Of a stretch of 50,555 bases of DNA, positions 26,191 through 36,786 are shown piece after piece. The notes under the pieces were generated by a model. It saw only the letters and a program-made list of their open reading frames with translations. It was not told the DNA's origin and ran no database searches. The DNA is from Roseinatronobacter sp. (GTDB lineage Bacteria > Pseudomonadota > Alphaproteobacteria > Rhodobacterales > Rhodobacteraceae). The position numbers and the translations under genes were made by a program. The stretch lies in NCBI RefSeq assembly GCF_007126715.1, contig NZ_SLAT01000178.1; one strand, given 5' to 3'. The stretch's first letter is position 1; each line of letters starts with the position of its first letter.

Positions 26191-26856
26191 ATGCGTGATT
26201 TGACCAACCGCCCCAGCATACTGACGGAACAACCGGCGCAAGCCGCGCATGATCGTGTGTATCGGGGCTTGCGCCAACAAGTGATGCATGGGGAATTGCC
26301 GCCGGGGCAAGCGCTGACTCTGCGCGGGATTGGCAAGGCGTTTGGCGTCAGCATGACCCCCGCGCGTGAAGCGCTGCGTAGGCTTACGGCAGAGGGGGCC
26401 TTGTCATTATCGGCATCCGGGCGGGTGACGACGCCGGAGTTGAGCAATGACCGGATTGAGGAACTGGCGCAAATTCGCGCGCTGCTGGAACCCGAATTGG
26501 GCAGCCGCGCGCTGCGGCGTGCCCATCTGGCCTTGATCGACCGGATGGAAACCATAAACGAGGCGAATGCCCGCGCGATCCATCGGCAAGACCCGGTAGA
26601 GTATATTCGCACCAATCTGGAGTTTCACCGCACGCTGTATTTGCGCGCCCAAAGTCCAGCGATGCTGGGGTTGCTGGAAACGGTCTGGCTACAGCTTGGC
26701 CCCACCATGCGCGCCCTCTATACCCGATTGCGGCGCACAACTGCACCGCCGCACCATCGTTTGATTCTGGAAGCATTGCGCGCGGGTGATGACGCGGCGT
26801 TGCGTCTGGCCCTGCGAACAGATGTGACGCAGGGCTTGCGGCATTTGCAGGGATGA
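26191..26856 (+). CDS. GntR (FCD) family transcriptional regulator
   Basis: GELPPGQALTLR...FGVSMTPAREALRRL HTH; NLEFHRTLY. Confidence 0.92.
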   Translation: MRDLTNRPSILTEQPAQAAHDRVYRGLRQQVMHGELPPGQALTLRGIGKAFGVSMTPAREALRRLTAEGALSLSASGRVTTPELSNDRIEELAQIRALLEPELGSRALRRAHLALIDRMETINEANARAIHRQDPVEYIRTNLEFHRTLYLRAQSPAMLGLLETVWLQLGPTMRALYTRLRRTTAPPHHRLILEALRAGDDAALRLALRTDVTQGLRHLQG

Positions 26857-26895
26857 CAAAAACTGCAGTTTTGCGGACAGGTGCTGCGTCGACGA

Positions 26896-27573
26896 TCAGG
26901 TGATCTGTCCGTCCTGCAGATGAACCACCCGATCCATGCGCCGCGCTAGTTCCATGTTATGTGTCGCGATCAGGGCCGACAGCCCCGTGTCGCGCACCAG
27001 TGACATGAGCGCGGCAAACACCTGATCTGACGTGGCAGGGTCGAGGTTTCCGGTCGGTTCATCGGCCAGAAGCAGGCTGGGTTCATTGGCAAGTGCGCGG
27101 CAGAATGCAACACGCTGTTGCTCGCCGCCCGAGAGCGCGGCGGGGCGGTGATCGGCCCGCGCGGCAATGCCCACGCGGTCCAGCAAGTCACGCGCGCGGG
27201 TTTCAGCCCTGGCCTGCGGCACCGCATTGGCAAGCTGTGGCAGAATCACGTTTTCCAGCGCCGAAAATTCTGGCAGCAAATGGTGAAACTGATACACAAA
27301 CCCGACCTGCCCCCTACGCGCTGCTGTGCGCGCGCGATCACCAAGCCGGGTCATATCGGCCCCATCAATCTGGACAGAGCCAGTGTCAGGCGTGTCAAGC
27401 AGGCCCGCGATATGCAACAGCGTCGACTTGCCGGCACCCGAGGGGGCGACCAGCGCCACAATCTCGCCCCGGTCGATTTGAAGCGAGGCTTCGTGCAGGA
27501 CTTTGACCTCGTTTGGCTTGCCCGCGTTATAGGTCTTGGAGATTGAATTCAGGGTCAGGGCTTGATCATTCAT
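26896..27573 (-). CDS. lolD: Lipoprotein-releasing ABC transporter ATP-binding protein
   Basis: [54 protein letters not shown]. Confidence 0.95.
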   Translation of the reverse strand: MNDQALTLNSISKTYNAGKPNEVKVLHEASLQIDRGEIVALVAPSGAGKSTLLHIAGLLDTPDTGSVQIDGADMTRLGDRARTAARRGQVGFVYQFHHLLPEFSALENVILPQLANAVPQARAETRARDLLDRVGIAARADHRPAALSGGEQQRVAFCRALANEPSLLLADEPTGNLDPATSDQVFAALMSLVRDTGLSALIATHNMELARRMDRVVHLQDGQIT

Positions 27574-28852
27574 AGCGCAGCGCCTCCACCGGGTTCATCC
27601 GCGCGGCGCGGCGTGCAGGGAAGATTGTTACGATGAACGACAGCGATAGCGATAACCCGACGGCCTTGAGCACATCGACCAGCCGCAACTCTGCCGGCAG
27701 ATTGTAGATACCCCGGATGGACGGGTCCCAGACCCCCCCCCCAGAAAGATAATTCACAAGGCTGAATATCTGGTCGATATAGAGCGCGAACAGGCAGCCC
27801 AGAATAACACCGGCGATTGTGCCCAACACGCCGACACTTGCCCCGCAGATGAAGAAAACCCGCAAAACCGACCCTTCGCTGAGTCCCATTGTGCGCAAGA
27901 TGCCGATATCGCGGCCCTTGTTCTTGACCAGCATGATCAGCCCCGAAATGATATTCATGGCCGCAATCAGGACGAGGATCGACAGGATCACGAACATCAC
28001 ATTGTCTTCCACATCCAGCGCGCGCAAGAACGACCCCGCGCTGTCGCGCCATGTCCACAGCATCGCGCGCTCTCCGCCCGCGCGCAGCAGGTCGCTGCGC
28101 ATGCTGTCAATCTGGTCGGGATTGGTGACCATCACCTCCATTTCATCGGCAACACCGTCGCGGTTGAAATAGGTCTGGGCTTCGGAAAACGGCATATATA
28201 ACCGCGTTCGGTCAATATCGTAACGCCCGGCGGTAAAGATATAGACCACCTCATAGGCCGAAATTCGCGGGCTTGTGCCAAAGGCTGTGCGCGCGCCATC
28301 GGGTGAAATGACGCGGATTGAATCGCCAAGCGAGATATTGAGTTCGCGCGCGACCCCGGACCCGATCGCGACACCTTCGCCAAAGCGCGAGATATCGCCC
28401 AAGGCTTGCTCGGGGTCGGCGACACGGGGGATGGTAAGCAGGTTTTCCTGCGAAATCCCGAATACTTCGACACCCGTATTGCGCCCATGTGCCGAAGCCA
28501 TGACCTGCCCGCGAATAAGCGGGGCAACCCGCGTCACACCGCGCACGGCGGCAAGACGCTCGGCCATATCTTCGTAATCTTCGATAACGCGGCTGGTGCG
28601 GCCTGCATCGTCGACATGGACCGAGGAATAGATGGTCACATGTGCATTCGCACCAAGGATCGTGTCGACAAATTCGGCCCGGAACCCCGAACGGACCGAC
28701 AGGGTCGCGATCAGCGCAAAAACCGCCAGCATAATCCCAAGAAACGAGATGATCGTCATGGCGCTGACGCCACCTTCGGCGCGGCGTGCACGCAGATAAC
28801 GCCAAGCGATCATCCATTCAAATGCGGCAAAAGGGGGCGTGTGGCCGGTCAT
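27566..28852 (-). CDS. lolE: Lipoprotein-releasing ABC transporter permease (LolC/E)
   Basis: [56 protein letters not shown]; overlaps lolD. Confidence 0.93.
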   Translation of the reverse strand: MTGHTPPFAAFEWMIAWRYLRARRAEGGVSAMTIISFLGIMLAVFALIATLSVRSGFRAEFVDTILGANAHVTIYSSVHVDDAGRTSRVIEDYEDMAERLAAVRGVTRVAPLIRGQVMASAHGRNTGVEVFGISQENLLTIPRVADPEQALGDISRFGEGVAIGSGVARELNISLGDSIRVISPDGARTAFGTSPRISAYEVVYIFTAGRYDIDRTRLYMPFSEAQTYFNRDGVADEMEVMVTNPDQIDSMRSDLLRAGGERAMLWTWRDSAGSFLRALDVEDNVMFVILSILVLIAAMNIISGLIMLVKNKGRDIGILRTMGLSEGSVLRVFFICGASVGVLGTIAGVILGCLFALYIDQIFSLVNYLSGGGVWDPSIRGIYNLPAELRLVDVLKAVGLSLSLSFIVTIFPARRAARMNPVEALRYE

Positions 28853-29022
28853 GCGCGATACTGTCCTGCTCTGGGTTTTGCGCAAACTCTCGACAATGCG
28901 CGACAAGGTCAAGCACAAAGCACATCAGTTGTCGGTGGTTTGATCGCCGATCCCTGCATGGATGTTTACCGTTTTCTGACGAGGAGAGACGGTCAATTTT
29001 CAGACATGCTAATGCGCAATCT

Positions 29023-29058
29023 AAATGCAAACCGCCCATCTGCGTGGCAGATGGGCGG
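29023..29058 (-). terminator. Rho-independent terminator of the dsbA-like gene
   Basis: On the minus strand CCGCCCATCTGC-CAC-GCAGATGGGCGG followed by TTTGCATTT. Confidence 0.7.
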
Positions 29059-29084
29059 GCGACATGTCTGGTTGCGAAAGATTA

Positions 29085-29951
29085 TCAGTTGCGCAGGAAT
29101 TCTGCCGTTTCGATCAGGACTTCCGCGTCCACAAAGCCACGGATCATTTCAGTTTCCATGACAAATGTCGGTGTCCCGCTGATCTGCAACCTTTGGGCAA
29201 GGGCGCGGTTATCGGCCAGTATGTTGCTGACCTCTTCGCTTTCCATTTCGGCTACGAGGGCGTCGAAATCGAGGCCCAACTCCTCTGCAAGTTCATCCAG
29301 ATATTCCGGTGTTACCGGGCCATCATGGCGGATCAATGTATCATTGACCTGTTCGTACATGTCATCGCCACCCAGTCGCAGGCTGGCGATTGCAAAGCGC
29401 GATGACAGCTCTGATTCTGGCCCAAGGATCGGAAATTCCTTGACGATCAGGCGTATACCCGAATCTGCTTCCAGCAGTTCCAGCACTTCATCATGGGCGC
29501 GTTTGCAAAAGCCGCAGCGATAATCCAGAAATTCTACCAGCGTAATGTCGCCCTCCGGGTTGCCGCCAACCCAGGAATTTGGGTCATTGAACAGCGCGTC
29601 TGCATTGGCTTCGAGGATCGCGCGGTCCATGTCGGCTTGCGCTTCTGCGTTGCGTTGTTCAAACGCGGCCACCGCCTCGAAGATCACTTCGGGGTTTTGC
29701 AGCAGATAGCTGCGCACCTGTTCGCCAAATTCGGCGTCAACGCTTACGGTTCCGGGAACCGCGCTTGCGCCCAACTGGCTGAGGACCTCTTCTTGCTGCG
29801 TGGGTTCGGCGTCAAGCTGTGCAGATTGCACTGCATCTGTATCCGCCGGAGTTTGCCCGTTGCTGCCCGACGAGGTGAGAACAATCAGCCCAAGAGCAGA
29901 GGCGGCAAGGCAGGTTCCTATCAGTGCAGTGTCGGTCAGCGGCAATGTCAT
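29085..29951 (-). CDS. DsbA/ScsC-like thiol-disulfide oxidoreductase
   Basis: VRSYLLQNPEVI, EFLDYRCGFCK (CxxC), KEFPILG, ISGTPTF (cis-Pro loop). Confidence 0.93.
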   Translation of the reverse strand: MTLPLTDTALIGTCLAASALGLIVLTSSGSNGQTPADTDAVQSAQLDAEPTQQEEVLSQLGASAVPGTVSVDAEFGEQVRSYLLQNPEVIFEAVAAFEQRNAEAQADMDRAILEANADALFNDPNSWVGGNPEGDITLVEFLDYRCGFCKRAHDEVLELLEADSGIRLIVKEFPILGPESELSSRFAIASLRLGGDDMYEQVNDTLIRHDGPVTPEYLDELAEELGLDFDALVAEMESEEVSNILADNRALAQRLQISGTPTFVMETEMIRGFVDAEVLIETAEFLRN

Positions 29952-30181
29952 TTGAAAGCTCCTGTATGTCTTGTATCGCGGCGATGGCCGTTTGGTCGTA
30001 GGCCGAAATCAGTTGCGCCTTATAAAGCTCGTGCGAGGCCGGGAATCAACCCTTTCAGCCCTGTTGAAGCTCGATTTCACGAAAGTGAACGCTTTTGCAA
30101 CGCGCATTCTGTTCATCACAGGTTTTCTGTCCGGCATGTCAGGTGTATTGGGGGATCGGGCAGGTAAGAAAAGAGGTCGAA

Positions 30182-31435
30182 TTGCGCATCGGGGCAGGGT
30201 GGCAACATATGGTCTGCGTGGTTTGCAGCCTTTTTGTGGTGTTGCTATGCGCACCGGCGACGCTTGCGCAGACCAGCATGGGCGCACAGGCGCGCGTGCT
30301 TGTCGCAGGAACAGCCTTGGGTGCGGGACGTGACACGCTTTCACTGGATATCGCGCTCAGCCAGCCAGTCCCGTACCGATTGCGCACATTTGCGGCCCCG
30401 CCGCGGCTGGTAATTGATTTCAATACAGTGGATTGGGCTGGTGTGGATCTGGGTGCCGAAGCACCGCGCAGCCATGTGCGCGCAACCAGACAGGGCCAGT
30501 TGTCGGACGGCTGGTCGCGTCTTGTTCTTGACCTTGGTGCACCTTTTCAGCTGGCAAGTTCGGAACAACGCATTGATCCTGACAGTGGTGAGGCCGTTAT
30601 TTCCTTGCGGTTGAAGCGGGTCGCATTGGAAGAGTTCGAGCGCAGCGCGCAGGACGAGCGGCGCTTCGTGCGCCTGAGCGGTGCGGCCTTTCTGCACCCT
30701 GAATCCGCACCGGCCCCTGCGCGCGCGCCGCGCAAACCCGTTGTGATGCTGGACCCCGGTCATGGCGGTATCGACCCCGGCGCCGAACGAGACGGGATCC
30801 GGGAAGCGGATATTGTCCTGAGTTTCGCACGGCAATTGCGTGAAGTATTGCTGCGTCGCGGGCACTTCGATGTCGCCATGACCCGCGACGCGGACGAGTT
30901 TGTTTCCCTTGATGGTCGGATCAGGGCCGCGCGCGCCGCGCAGGCGGATCTGTTCTTGTCGCTTCATGCCGATGCCTTGCCCGAAGGGCTGGCAACGGGC
31001 ACTGTCATCTATTTGCTGGGGGACGAGGCCAGCGACGAGTCTGCGGCATATCTGGCCGAACGCCATGATCGCGCCGATATGCTGGCGGGTGTCGACCTGA
31101 CCGGCAACACGGATGAGATCGCGCGTGTGCTGATGTCAGTCGCCTGGCAAGATACAGCGCCGCGGGCGCGTGGGCTGGCCGATGCGCTGGTCGAGGGGCT
31201 TGGAGATGCAGGAATGCGGCTGCACCGAAGGCCTATCCAGTCGGGCGCATTCACGGTTTTGCGTGCCGTCGATATGCCGTCTGCACTGATCGAGCTTGGC
31301 TTCATGTCAAGCCCGCGCGATTTGCAAGATTTGCGTGATCCTGACTGGACTTTGTCGATGGCCGAGGCATTGGCGGATGCGTTGGAACTTTGGCAGGAAC
31401 GCGACACGGCAATCCAGGAGTTACGCAGGCGTTAA
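30182..31435 (+). CDS. amiC: N-acetylmuramoyl-L-alanine amidase (AMIN + Amidase_3)
   Basis: PPRLVIDF, SRLVLDL, MLDPGHGGIDPGA, FLSLHAD, PSALIELGFMS. Start at TTG 30182 after GAGG is inferred. Confidence 0.9.
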   Translation: MRIGAGWQHMVCVVCSLFVVLLCAPATLAQTSMGAQARVLVAGTALGAGRDTLSLDIALSQPVPYRLRTFAAPPRLVIDFNTVDWAGVDLGAEAPRSHVRATRQGQLSDGWSRLVLDLGAPFQLASSEQRIDPDSGEAVISLRLKRVALEEFERSAQDERRFVRLSGAAFLHPESAPAPARAPRKPVVMLDPGHGGIDPGAERDGIREADIVLSFARQLREVLLRRGHFDVAMTRDADEFVSLDGRIRAARAAQADLFLSLHADALPEGLATGTVIYLLGDEASDESAAYLAERHDRADMLAGVDLTGNTDEIARVLMSVAWQDTAPRARGLADALVEGLGDAGMRLHRRPIQSGAFTVLRAVDMPSALIELGFMSSPRDLQDLRDPDWTLSMAEALADALELWQERDTAIQELRRR

Positions 31436-31531
31436 ATCCGCGTTCGTGTCACGGTGTTTTGACGGGGCTGTGTTTTTGACCTTGTTCGAAGAAGGGCCTA
31501 TAAGGCTCTATCTGTTCATGAGAGGTATCCA

Positions 31532-34063
31532 GTGCTCCGAGCGATTCTTTCCTTTTTCGGCGGCTTGGTCAGCTTTGCCATTACGGCTGTGTTTGTTGGC
31601 GCTTTGGCCGTTGCGGGTGTGTTCTGGTATTATGGACAGGACCTGCCTAGCCATGAACAGCTTGCCAATTATGCGCCGCCATCAATCAGCCGGATTTATT
31701 CCGGTGAGGGGCGCTTGATTGACGAATTTGCGTTGGAGCGTCGCCTGTTCACGCCGATTGATGATATTCCGGAACAGATCAGAGATGCTTTCATCGCAGC
31801 CGAGGACCGCAATTTCTACGTCCATACAGGCTTTGACGCGCGCGCAATTGCTGTAGCTGCCTATGAGGCTGTCGCTTCTCGGGGTGAGAATATTCGCGGT
31901 GCGTCCACCATCACCCAACAGGTTATGAAGAATTTCCTTTTGTCGGGCGACCGGACGGGCGAGCGTAAAATCAAGGAGCTGATCCTTGCCAGCCGTGTCG
32001 AGGGCACGCTGAACAAGGACCAGATTCTGGAACTTTACCTTAACGAGATTTTCCTTGGCCAGAATTCTTATGGTGTGACTGCGGCTGCGCAGACCTATTT
32101 CAACAAAACGCTGGACGAGCTTGACCTGCATGAGGCCGCATTTCTGGCGGCCCTGCCGCAAGCGCCTTCCAGCTACCACCCTGTGCGCAACCGTGATCGT
32201 GTTGTTGCAAGGCGCAACTATGTGTTGGGTGAAATGCTGCGCAATGGCTTCATTTCGCAAGCCGAGCATGACGAGGCGCGCGCTTTGCCGCTACTGACAG
32301 TTCAGTCGGGCGACATTGCTGCGGCCCGGTCCAGCATGCCGCCTCGGGATTATTTTACGGATGAAGTGCGCCGCCAGTTGTCCAGCAGTTTTGGCGAGGA
32401 CGAGTTCTTTGCCGGTGGCCTGTCGATCCGTGCAACAGTCGACCCTGAAATGCAGGTTCATGCCGCACATGCCCTTCAGCGTGCACTTGAACAATATGAT
32501 CGTGGCCTTGGACGGCTGCGCACCACGGGCGAAACCATCGCGCCGGACCTGCTGGAAAGCGAAGAGGAGTGGCGCAATGCGCTGGCAGCGATGGAGCTTG
32601 CACGCGATGTCACCTTGGGCAACCGTTGGTATCCGGCCGTCGTGCTGGATGTCAGTGCTGATGAGGCCCGTCTTGGGATCGAAGCTGTCGCCGATGACTA
32701 TCACGCCCCGCATGTGGTAGAACGCGCGGATATTTCCTGGGCGCGCGGGTCGCTGTCGGACAATCTGAATGTTGGCGATGTGGTCTATGTGCGGCGCGTC
32801 ACCTCTGACAGCGATGGCAGCCATGTTCGCTGGTCCTTGCGCCAAATCCCCGAAGTTCAGGGCGGGTTTATGGCAATGGACGTCAATACAGGGCGTGTGA
32901 TCGCGATGCAGGGGGGCTTTTCCTATCAGGCCTCGGTGTTCAACCGCGCAACTCAGGCGCAACGCCAGCCCGGTTCTGCCTATAAGCCGTTCATTTATGC
33001 AGCCGCGCTCGATTCCGGGTTTACCCCCGCGACGATTATCGTGGATGCGCCGATCGAAGTGGACACCCCGCAAGGGATATGGCGGCCGACGAATGCCACC
33101 AACCAGTTTTATGGGCCGACCCCTGTTCGCCGCGGGATCGAGTTGTCGCGCAACCTTATGACAGTGCGGCTTGCGCAGGAAATCGGCATGGATGTCGTCG
33201 GCGGATATGCCGAACGCTTCGGTGTTTATGATCGTGCGCAGCAATTTCTAGCGGCATCGCTTGGGTCACAGGAAACGACATTGTTTCGCATGGTTGCCGC
33301 CTATGCCATGTTCGCCAATGGCGGCGAACGAGTGGAGCCAACACTGGTTGACCGGGTGCAGGACCGCTGGGGCGAGACTGTGTACCGCCATGACCAGCGC
33401 AATTGTGTGGATTGCGAGGAACGGGCCTTGCCTGCTGGCCGAAGCCCGTGGATCGCATCGCGCCGTGCGCGGGTGATAGATGCTGTTACGGCCTATCAGT
33501 TGACCTCGATGATGGAAGGTGTGGTCCAGCGTGGCACCGCAGCGCGCACTGTGAACCTGCCAGTTCCCGCCGCAGGCAAGACCGGCACAACCAATGAAGC
33601 GCGCGACGTGTGGTTCGTTGGATATACATCGAATATCGTGGCAGGGTGCTATATCGGCTATGACCAGCCACGTCCGCTGGGGCGGGGCGCTGGTGGCGGC
33701 ACGATGTGCGGGCCTGTGTTCAACGAATTCATGCTAGAGGCGGTCAAGAAATATGGCGGTGGGCGTTTCCGTGTGCCGGAAGGCGGCTATTTTCTGAAAA
33801 TTGACCGAAATAGCGGTGCGCGGCTTGCCGATGATGCAACCGGCCCCAATGTCATTTCAGAGTTTTTCCGTGAAGGTGTCGAGCCGATCTTTGGCCTTGC
33901 GGCTGTGATCGACGGCGGGTTTTCACTCGGGTCGGACCTGCCGGTCTTTGCACCGGGCGAAAGCTATGAGGCATTGCAGCGCGAAGATGAAGGTCGCGGC
34001 ACTGCGCCAAGTTCGAGTGGTCCAGCCAGCCTCGGCTCTGTGTCCACGGGTGGTCTGTATTGA
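31532..34063 (+). CDS. mrcA: Penicillin-binding protein 1A
   Basis: AAEDRNFY, GASTITQQVMKN, RKIKE, QPGSAYKP (SxxK), SRN, GKTGTTN. Confidence 0.96.
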   Translation: MLRAILSFFGGLVSFAITAVFVGALAVAGVFWYYGQDLPSHEQLANYAPPSISRIYSGEGRLIDEFALERRLFTPIDDIPEQIRDAFIAAEDRNFYVHTGFDARAIAVAAYEAVASRGENIRGASTITQQVMKNFLLSGDRTGERKIKELILASRVEGTLNKDQILELYLNEIFLGQNSYGVTAAAQTYFNKTLDELDLHEAAFLAALPQAPSSYHPVRNRDRVVARRNYVLGEMLRNGFISQAEHDEARALPLLTVQSGDIAAARSSMPPRDYFTDEVRRQLSSSFGEDEFFAGGLSIRATVDPEMQVHAAHALQRALEQYDRGLGRLRTTGETIAPDLLESEEEWRNALAAMELARDVTLGNRWYPAVVLDVSADEARLGIEAVADDYHAPHVVERADISWARGSLSDNLNVGDVVYVRRVTSDSDGSHVRWSLRQIPEVQGGFMAMDVNTGRVIAMQGGFSYQASVFNRATQAQRQPGSAYKPFIYAAALDSGFTPATIIVDAPIEVDTPQGIWRPTNATNQFYGPTPVRRGIELSRNLMTVRLAQEIGMDVVGGYAERFGVYDRAQQFLAASLGSQETTLFRMVAAYAMFANGGERVEPTLVDRVQDRWGETVYRHDQRNCVDCEERALPAGRSPWIASRRARVIDAVTAYQLTSMMEGVVQRGTAARTVNLPVPAAGKTGTTNEARDVWFVGYTSNIVAGCYIGYDQPRPLGRGAGGGTMCGPVFNEFMLEAVKKYGGGRFRVPEGGYFLKIDRNSGARLADDATGPNVISEFFREGVEPIFGLAAVIDGGFSLGSDLPVFAPGESYEALQREDEGRGTAPSSSGPASLGSVSTGGLY

Positions 34064-34169
34064 ACGCGCCGTGCTGGTTAGCCCCGTTCTGAAGGTGCTG
34101 GCGCTTGCCCCTGTCGGCGGGCCGCGCTATGCACTGCGATGAAAAATCCAGATGATATGGTGAAGACCT

Positions 34170-35297
34170 ATGCGCTCCGAGACGCTCAGCACGATTGATG
34201 CGATCCGTAAATCTCTGCTCCTTTTGGGGCAGCGGATGGATATCGAGACAGCACCGCACAGGCTGGAAGAATTCGATGCAATGACGGAGAATCCTGATTT
34301 GTGGAATGATCCGGCACGTGCGCAAGCGTTGATGCGGGATAGGCGCATGTTGTCGGATGCGCTGGAAACGCACCGCTCCATCTCGCAGGAACTGGAAGAT
34401 CAGATCGGATTGATCGAACTGGGCGAGGCCGAGGGAGATGCAGAGGTCGTCGCCGAGGCAGAGGCAGAACTTGCGAAGCTGGGCAAAGTGGCGGCAGAGA
34501 AAGAGCTTGAGGCACTTTTGAACGGCGAGGCGGATTCGAACGACACTTTCCTCGAGATCAATGCCGGCGCTGGCGGCACCGAAAGTTGCGACTGGGCCTC
34601 GATGCTGGCGCGGATGTATGTCCGTTGGGCAGAGAAAAAAGGCTACACAGTCGAAATGATGAGCGAAAGCGCGGGCGAAGAGGCGGGTATCCGTTCCGTT
34701 GCCTACAAGATCAGCGGGCATAATGCCTATGGATGGCTGAAATCGGAGTCGGGGGTTCACCGTCTTGTGCGCATCTCGCCTTTTGACGGGTCTGCCCGGC
34801 GTCATACCTCTTTCAGCTCGGTCTGGGTTTACCCTGTTGTGGATGACAATATCGAGATTGATATCAATCCCTCCGACATTCGCATCGACACCTACCGCTC
34901 TTCGGGTGCGGGGGGGCAGCATGTCAACACGACCGACTCGGCGGTACGGATCACCCATGTTCCGACTGGAATTGTCGTGACCTCCAGCCAGAAATCACAG
35001 CACCAGAACCGCGAAATCGCAATGAACGCGTTGAAATCGCGTTTGTATGAGATGGAGTTGCGCAAACGGAACGAGGCGATTGAAGCCGCGCATGATGCCA
35101 AGGGGGATGCGGGCTGGGGCAATCAGATCCGCTCTTATGTGCTGCATCCCTACCAGATGGTGAAAGATCTGCGCACCGGGCACGAGACATCAGACAGTCA
35201 GGGCGTGCTGGATGGCGCGCTTGATGGCTTCATGGCGGCAACATTGGCAATGGATGTGTCTGGCAAATCCCGCGCAGAGGCAAATGCCGAAAGCTGA
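34170..35297 (+). CDS. prfB: Peptide chain release factor 2
   Basis: GVHRLVRISPFD (SPF), SGAGGQHVN (GGQ), WGNQIRSYVLHPY; a single uninterrupted frame. Confidence 0.97.
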   Translation: MRSETLSTIDAIRKSLLLLGQRMDIETAPHRLEEFDAMTENPDLWNDPARAQALMRDRRMLSDALETHRSISQELEDQIGLIELGEAEGDAEVVAEAEAELAKLGKVAAEKELEALLNGEADSNDTFLEINAGAGGTESCDWASMLARMYVRWAEKKGYTVEMMSESAGEEAGIRSVAYKISGHNAYGWLKSESGVHRLVRISPFDGSARRHTSFSSVWVYPVVDDNIEIDINPSDIRIDTYRSSGAGGQHVNTTDSAVRITHVPTGIVVTSSQKSQHQNREIAMNALKSRLYEMELRKRNEAIEAAHDAKGDAGWGNQIRSYVLHPYQMVKDLRTGHETSDSQGVLDGALDGFMAATLAMDVSGKSRAEANAES

Positions 35298-35387
35298 CAG
35301 GGGCCGCTGTCGGCCAATCTGAAAGAATCTTCTTGCAGGACAGATTGTCGCAGCCCTATCCTTTGTGAAAACGCAGCGGAGGATCGG

Positions 35388-36170
35388 ATGAACGACAATA
35401 TGACACAACAGGCCCATTTGCCGCCGTCAGAGATTCCGGCACCCGAGCATATCGGTATCGAGGATTTAAGCGCGATCCTGCGAGCGGGATTGCGTGATTT
35501 CATGCGTGCCCCGCTTTTCGGTATCGCCTTTTCGCTAGTCTATGTGCTGGGCGGGCTGATCATTTATGCGATCTTCCTCGCTGCGGGACAAAGCTGGTGG
35601 TTCATACCGATTGCAGTGGGTTTCCCGTTGCTTGCGCCTTTCGCCGCAATCGGCCTTTATGAGGTCAGCCGCCGTCTTGAACAGGGTGAGCCGCTTGGCT
35701 GGGCTGCCGTGGCGGGGTGCGTGTTTGCCCAGAAGGACCGTCAAATCCCCTCGATGGCAATGGTTATCATGCTTGCCTTCATGTTCTGGGTCTTTGTTGC
35801 CCATACGATCTTTGCGTTGTTCTTTGGTCTGCAACCCATCACCAGTTCGACCACAGACATGCTTTTGTCAGGGCCAGGGCTTATGATGTTGCTGGTCGGT
35901 GGAACTATCGGGGGGGCGATGGCGGCGGTTTTGTTTGCGTTGACGGTCGTTTCCTTGCCGTTGCTGCTGGACCGCGAAGTCGATTTCATAACCGCGATGA
36001 TTACCTCTGTCGGGGTGGTGACCAAGAATTTCAGCGCGATGGTGGTCTGGGCGGGGCTGATTGCGGTGTTGCTCTTCGTCGGGATGCTTCCGTTCTTTTT
36101 GGGACTGTTCGTGATCCTGCCTGTTCTTGGCCATGCGACCTGGCATTTATACCGGCGCGCGCTGCCCTGA
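35388..36170 (+). CDS. DUF2189 family integral membrane protein
   Basis: GLRDF, GFPLLAPFAAIGLYEVSRRLE, PLLLDREVDFITAMITS, PVLGHATWHLYRR. Confidence 0.85.
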   Translation: MNDNMTQQAHLPPSEIPAPEHIGIEDLSAILRAGLRDFMRAPLFGIAFSLVYVLGGLIIYAIFLAAGQSWWFIPIAVGFPLLAPFAAIGLYEVSRRLEQGEPLGWAAVAGCVFAQKDRQIPSMAMVIMLAFMFWVFVAHTIFALFFGLQPITSSTTDMLLSGPGLMMLLVGGTIGGAMAAVLFALTVVSLPLLLDREVDFITAMITSVGVVTKNFSAMVVWAGLIAVLLFVGMLPFFLGLFVILPVLGHATWHLYRRALP

Positions 36171-36250
36171 GCTAAGGCGGCCAATATTTTTTGTGGGGCT
36201 GGACACTGCGCGCGGGGCAGGGCAATCTGGACCCAAAGAGGGAGTAAGTT

Positions 36251-36691
36251 ATGCCCGCAACGTCGCGCCGCAGTTTTCTTGTTACAGTCTTTGGGGTGAT
36301 CGGAACGTTATGGTTCGCGGTTCACGCAATTGAATATGTTTTCGCGCGGTATTCCGCGCTGGAGGCAAGTTTTTCCTTGCCGGCTCCTTTTGGCCTGTCG
36401 GGGCTGTTTGAGGGTATGCCGCAATGGGCAAGCATTGCCGTGACAGCCGCGATCTGGCTGGGCCTTCTGGGGGCCTTCCTGCTATTGCTTGGTGATCGGG
36501 CCTCGGTTCTGATCCTGTCCTTCACATTGCTGGCAACCTGTGTCGCCCTTGTTTGGGGGATATTGAACTTTTTAGAGGGAAATCAGTCCCTTGAGGGGGT
36601 GAACTTGATCTTGTTTCTGGGCAGTCAAACTCTGATGGCGTTCGGATTATGGTTGTATTCGAGAACAGCGAAAAGGTATCAGACTATCTGA
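36251..36691 (+). CDS. Hypothetical membrane protein (four TM segments)
   Basis: GGAG RBS; hydrophobic segments; MPQWA...IWLGLLGAFLLL. Confidence 0.75.
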   Translation: MPATSRRSFLVTVFGVIGTLWFAVHAIEYVFARYSALEASFSLPAPFGLSGLFEGMPQWASIAVTAAIWLGLLGAFLLLLGDRASVLILSFTLLATCVALVWGILNFLEGNQSLEGVNLILFLGSQTLMAFGLWLYSRTAKRYQTI

Positions 36692-36786
36692 CACCACATT
36701 GGCTGGATGGCCGGGCTGTCTGAGGATGCGATTGTAATTTCAGACGCAATCGCTAAGTCTGGCACCCAGTCAAACCGGAGTATCAG

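Noticed and set aside
26859-26872. Palindrome AAAACTGCAGTTTT between the convergent gntR and lolD genes
   Set aside because: Too weak a stem for a confident bidirectional terminator.
33852-34958. Long antisense ORFs (also 49403-50407, 32291-33244, 5032-5841, 9526-10389, 48117-48995 in an alternative frame)
   Set aside because: These are shadow frames of well-supported genes in GC-rich DNA and have no recognisable motifs.
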